A stretch of DNA of 29,610 nucleotides from positions 1 through 29,610 of the IMG/VR virus record IMGVR_UViG_3300028030_000006; one strand, given 5' to 3'. Source of the stretch: a virus. Its lineage: Duplodnaviria; Heunggongvirae; Uroviricota; Caudoviricetes. This document shows, one piece after another, positions 25,785 to 29,610 of this stretch. Below the pieces are notes generated by a model. That model made no database searches and was not told the origin of the DNA. It saw only the letters and a program-made list of their open reading frames with translations. The position numbers and the translations under genes are program-made. Numbering within the stretch: position 1 is the first letter of the stretch; the number at the start of each line of letters is the position of its first letter.

Positions 25785-28700
25785 ATGGGATTCACACCAA
25801 GAACAACAACACATACAGAACTATTTAATATTTGTGTAGATGCTCCTGATAGTATTCTAAACGCACTCCTAGAAGTTGATGGAGCCGGTTCTGGTTTAGA
25901 TGCAGATTTACTCGACGGATTAGAAAGTTCACATTACTATAAGTCTGCTGCAGGTACGATTACTAGTGGGGATTGGAATACATTTAAAACTCATGGCGTA
26001 TATAAAGTACAACATGCAAACTTTGATAATGACACTAATAACCCACCAGCATCTTATGCTTATGGTATTTTAAAGGTTGAGCGATCTGAGTACGGCGGAG
26101 AAGATAGAACTAACCAAACTTATATTCCTCATGGTACTTCTGATAAATTTATTTATCAGCGTATGTCTAATAATGATACTTGGACTGCTTGGAGTAAAGT
26201 TTTCCGTAACGGTTCTGGTGCTGGATCAGGGTTAGATGCGGATAAAGTAGACGGTTTACATGCGTCTCAGTTTTTGCGTAGTGATGCTATGACATCATTT
26301 AATACGGCTGGTAATAATTTACAGCTTGTTGGCGATACAGAAACTCGTACTGGGCTTCAGTGGAAACAAGGCAGTACGTGTGTGTGGGATCAACAAATTA
26401 AAGCTACTGGAGATTTACAGTTTGTAGGTACTACCAACCAAGCGTTTAACGTTGCTACTGATGGCGGTATGAATTTACGGTCAAGGACCGATACTTGCCC
26501 AGTTAACCTAAGATTTAGTAGTAATAGTGGTAGCGATTATTGTCAGTTCGGTACTATCAGCTATACGCATGCAGATAGTGCATCACACGGCCATACTGAA
26601 GAATTTACTATTAAGGGAAGTACAGATAATACAGGACTACGTCTAGAAGCAGATGTATATTTGGCTTCTAAAGCTAATAGTTGCTCTCATCCTATAATCT
26701 TTAATGGTACATCTGGAGAATCTGATACTAATGATAATGCTGGTGATTTTGCTATACGTGCAATTGGTGAGTGTTTAGTATTTTATGAACCTGAACAGTC
26801 AGGCGATATTCATATGGTTATTGAGGATGGTACTGGCGTAAACGCTAAATATGGGTTTAAAGAGAATGGTACTTGCCTTAAAGATAAATATATTAGGAAG
26901 ACTGTAGCAGATACTTTTACAAAATTGACAGGTAGCGCATTACATGTTACGTCTGATGGTAGTAATTCTACGGCTATTTGTTTTGATAATGATGGTAATA
27001 AGAATATATCTACTAATGACGGTAGTGGTAACTTTACTATTAAATCAGGTGTAAATGCATCTAGTATGCACTATATTGCAGATAATACTGGTGCAACTAG
27101 TATTGTTATGGATTCCGATACTGTTGATGGATGTATCGCGTTAGGTGTGTCTAATAAGGGATTAGCTTGTGATTTAGTTAGTTATACTTCTGCGTTACTT
27201 GTAACAGATGGTATAAATGGCCTTAAATGGACACAAGGTAGTGATTTACATGCTGGAGCTTTAGCTACTAAATACACTGTATACCATTCTGGGAATATTC
27301 CTACATGGAATCAAAGTACAACAGGTAATGCGGCTACGGCGTCAAAACTACAAACTGCTAGAACTATATCACTTGGTGGAGACTTGAGTGGTAGTACAAG
27401 TTTTGATGGTACAAGTAATGTAACTATTACAGCAGATGTGGCTAATGATAGCCATTGTCATGATGGTAGATACTATACTAAAAGTACTGCTGATAGTTGT
27501 TATGGTAAAGTAGGCGGTAGTCTAGATCAATTTAAAGATTATGTTGATGGAGATAATCATTGGCATACTAATGGTAGAGATCTTAAAGTCAATGGGAAGC
27601 GGGCACTGGTAGGGTTTTCTACTAATGATGGAAATCTTTTACACATAAACTACGCCTGTGACTTTGCTACTGGTACTTGTATTTATGGTACGCTCAAAAC
27701 TCAAAACGTCTATGGTAGTAATACTTATATGACTACTTTGTGTAGTTCAGGGGATACTACAATTGGTTATTATAGTAATAACGGCACAACTCACTGTGGT
27801 AGATTGTACTTTCGTACAGCTAAGTGTGTAGACAGTGCGGATGATATATGTACTAGTGGGTATATGTTTTTACATAGTGACGGAAGTATTAGAGCTAATG
27901 ATGTTTTATGTGCTCCTAAACTTTGTTCAGATACTTTATGTAGTACTATTAAGGTTTCTTCTACTTGCGCATATATTACTAATGCTTGTATTCCGACTAT
28001 ACAATCAGAAGTATCTTGTAGTACTTGCAGTATTCTTAACGGGTATAATTTAGGTACGTGTGTATCCGATTTATGTGCGTGTGTTGGTACAAAAATCAAT
28101 AGTTCCACTGCGTATTCGGCGTTCTTGCAGACAGGTGCGGATAGGGAACAGACGGTATCTGGTAGGTGTTTTCTGTTTAATAATGCTGCCCAGAAGATGT
28201 CAATGGATCCTAGAACTAGTTTGCCTAACTTTGATAATTCTAGCATAGGTGCTTTCCATATTTGGAATAAAGCAGATGAAGCAAGTGGGTATAATCCTGC
28301 CGGTATAGGTTTATATGATGGATCTGAGTATCAGTATTTAAGTACTGTTACAAACAATGGTATGTTACGTCATCAGAATGGTAATGGGTATTTAGAGACT
28401 GGTATAACAAATACTGGGTATGCTTCAATAAATACTGATAGAGCACTTATTAAAGTTAATAAAGGTGCTGAATTTGCTGGAGATGTATCATTAACTAATC
28501 ACTCTGTCTGTTGGCGAGAAAATACTGATTATGCAGCTATCGGTTTTGTTAATACTAGTGATAGTGATACAAATAGCTACATGTGTTTTAAAACCGGGGA
28601 TAATGGTAATGAGCACTTTAGATGGTATTCTCAGAATGGTGGAACTACGTCACTATGGATGCAACTAAATGGTGGTCACTTATCTATACCAGGTATTATG

Positions 28701-29498
28701 TGTGTTGGTGGTGGTCTTAAACAAGATGGTTTTACTATTCTGAATGGTAGTGATACGTGGTTAAGGACTAGTGGGAGTACCGGTTGGTATAATGCTACCT
28801 ATGGTGGTGGTATGTATATGGTAGATAGTACCTGGGTACGTACCTACGGCGGTAAAGGATTATACACTACAGGTACTTTACGAGCTGATGGCGGTGTTCA
28901 GGTTGATGGCAAGTATGCTATCTCTGCTGATGCTAAAACTTTATATGAGGATGAAGTTGCTTTACACGATAAGTATGTGAATCAATGGACGGCTATTAGT
29001 CAATCTGGGAATGATGTAAAATGGTATCGTATTGCACATGTTTCTGGCACCCAAAACGCTCAAATAAAGTTAGATTTACAAGGGTCTTATGGATTTGGTT
29101 CAGGAGCTACCAACTATGGTTTAGTGGTATTTTTAGAACTGCAAAATAATCAGGACTCTGATGATAATATAGGGATTGATGGATTTCAATATGGCGGTAC
29201 TGTACTAGACTTTGGCGTTGTAAAAATTGATAGTTATACTTATGATATTTATGTTAAAGTTAATACATTTATGGGTATGATTATATCAGCATTTAAATCT
29301 GATAATGCGAATCTCGTTACATTTACAGATGACTACAATAGTACTGATGCTCCTACTGATTTCATTAGCCACGCCACTGATATTAATACGATATGGTCGA
29401 GTAAGAATGATGGTTACGGTTCACAATTAGACGCTGGACGATTTGAAGGTAAAACTGGGCAAGATGTACTTAGTGCATATAATAATGCAAAAGCTTAA
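25785..29498 (+). CDS. Large mosaic tail fibre, 1237 aa, Cys-rich
   Basis: GSGLDAD-type junction motifs x3, a knob-like domain (GVYKV...YGILKV...WTAWSK), ATASKLQTARTISLGGDLSGSTSFDG, a PilV-like GWYNATYGGGMYMVDSTWVR segment, HxH motifs, and about 32 Cys. Confidence 0.9.
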   Translation: MGFTPRTTTHTELFNICVDAPDSILNALLEVDGAGSGLDADLLDGLESSHYYKSAAGTITSGDWNTFKTHGVYKVQHANFDNDTNNPPASYAYGILKVERSEYGGEDRTNQTYIPHGTSDKFIYQRMSNNDTWTAWSKVFRNGSGAGSGLDADKVDGLHASQFLRSDAMTSFNTAGNNLQLVGDTETRTGLQWKQGSTCVWDQQIKATGDLQFVGTTNQAFNVATDGGMNLRSRTDTCPVNLRFSSNSGSDYCQFGTISYTHADSASHGHTEEFTIKGSTDNTGLRLEADVYLASKANSCSHPIIFNGTSGESDTNDNAGDFAIRAIGECLVFYEPEQSGDIHMVIEDGTGVNAKYGFKENGTCLKDKYIRKTVADTFTKLTGSALHVTSDGSNSTAICFDNDGNKNISTNDGSGNFTIKSGVNASSMHYIADNTGATSIVMDSDTVDGCIALGVSNKGLACDLVSYTSALLVTDGINGLKWTQGSDLHAGALATKYTVYHSGNIPTWNQSTTGNAATASKLQTARTISLGGDLSGSTSFDGTSNVTITADVANDSHCHDGRYYTKSTADSCYGKVGGSLDQFKDYVDGDNHWHTNGRDLKVNGKRALVGFSTNDGNLLHINYACDFATGTCIYGTLKTQNVYGSNTYMTTLCSSGDTTIGYYSNNGTTHCGRLYFRTAKCVDSADDICTSGYMFLHSDGSIRANDVLCAPKLCSDTLCSTIKVSSTCAYITNACIPTIQSEVSCSTCSILNGYNLGTCVSDLCACVGTKINSSTAYSAFLQTGADREQTVSGRCFLFNNAAQKMSMDPRTSLPNFDNSSIGAFHIWNKADEASGYNPAGIGLYDGSEYQYLSTVTNNGMLRHQNGNGYLETGITNTGYASINTDRALIKVNKGAEFAGDVSLTNHSVCWRENTDYAAIGFVNTSDSDTNSYMCFKTGDNGNEHFRWYSQNGGTTSLWMQLNGGHLSIPGIMCVGGGLKQDGFTILNGSDTWLRTSGSTGWYNATYGGGMYMVDSTWVRTYGGKGLYTTGTLRADGGVQVDGKYAISADAKTLYEDEVALHDKYVNQWTAISQSGNDVKWYRIAHVSGTQNAQIKLDLQGSYGFGSGATNYGLVVFLELQNNQDSDDNIGIDGFQYGGTVLDFGVVKIDSYTYDIYVKVNTFMGMIISAFKSDNANLVTFTDDYNSTDAPTDFISHATDINTIWSSKNDGYGSQLDAGRFEGKTGQDVLSAYNNAKA

Positions 29499-29512
29499 AT
29501 AAAAGGAATAAC

Positions 29513-29610
29513 ATGGCAACTTTAACAGACTTTGCATGTGCTGTTGGTACAGACATAAAGAATTTAAATACTTGTGCTGGTACTAAATTATCATGCTCTG
29601 GTGGATACCT
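29513..29610 (+). CDS. 5' part of a further fibre/decoration-like gene, truncated by the window end
   Basis: AAAAGGA RBS. MATLTDFACAVGTDIKNLNTCAGTKLSCSGGY, open to the end of the window. Confidence 0.75.
   Translation, partial: MATLTDFACAVGTDIKNLNTCAGTKLSCSGGY

Noticed and set aside
382-28248. Numerous 60-150 aa antisense or alternate-frame track ORFs (e.g. 382..582, 6806..7228, 12744..13076, 23404..23700, 27791..28246, 27835..28053)
   Set aside because: They lie wholly within well-supported genes, lack RBSs and motifs, and reflect stop-codon scarcity in the shadow frames.
28740-28900. Shufflon or invertible fibre cassette suggested by the PilV-like motif
   Set aside because: No inverted recombination sites, inverted alternative C-termini or recombinase were seen.
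22601-29610. Diversity-generating retroelement as the source of the excess Cys
   Set aside because: No reverse transcriptase and no template/variable repeat pair were seen, and the Cys are spread over long regions rather than one short C-terminal repeat. Sequence outside the window is not excluded.
22601-29610. Reassignment of TGY codons
   Set aside because: Cys is used normally elsewhere (catalytic FCSEL, lipobox FSGC, CxxC motifs), and all genes read through under the standard code.
1-29610. tRNA, rRNA, integrase, transposase, intron or intein
   Set aside because: No cloverleaf, catalytic motifs or interrupted ORFs were recognised, and terL, portal and capsid are of ordinary length. Lifestyle (temperate or lytic) cannot be determined from this window.

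Overview
The window is the packaging, structural and lysis arm of an AT-rich tailed dsDNA phage with a long non-contractile (siphovirus-type) tail. It has an HK97-type portal, protease and capsid, a 2002-aa tape measure, and no sheath gene. The spanin pair implies a Gram-negative host. AAGGA ribosome-binding sites and an FSGC lipobox are compatible with Campylobacterota, but this is only inference. Layout: (i) 1-2000, a repeat-rich control region (12-bp tandem array, an orphan gene behind a near-consensus sigma70 promoter, a dyad flanked by oppositely oriented CGCT(T)AA motifs, phased A-tracts); (ii) 1999-5501, a leftward operon of terS, terL and small DNA-binding/Zn proteins, ending in a 39-aa ribbon-helix-helix gene missing from the ORF track; (iii) 5932 to the end, a rightward late operon of head, neck, tail, tail tip, at least four fibre genes, and a holin/spanin cassette without a canonical endolysin. 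The most unusual signals are: cysteine enrichment confined to the fibre/adhesin proteins (none seen in the tape measure); the symmetric repeat architecture near the left end; a scaffold gene nested in the protease gene; and two tail-chaperone paralogues that cannot be joined by the usual -1 frameshift. No integrase, tRNA, rRNA or CRISPR array was seen. All protein calls are by motif recognition and synteny, not database search.
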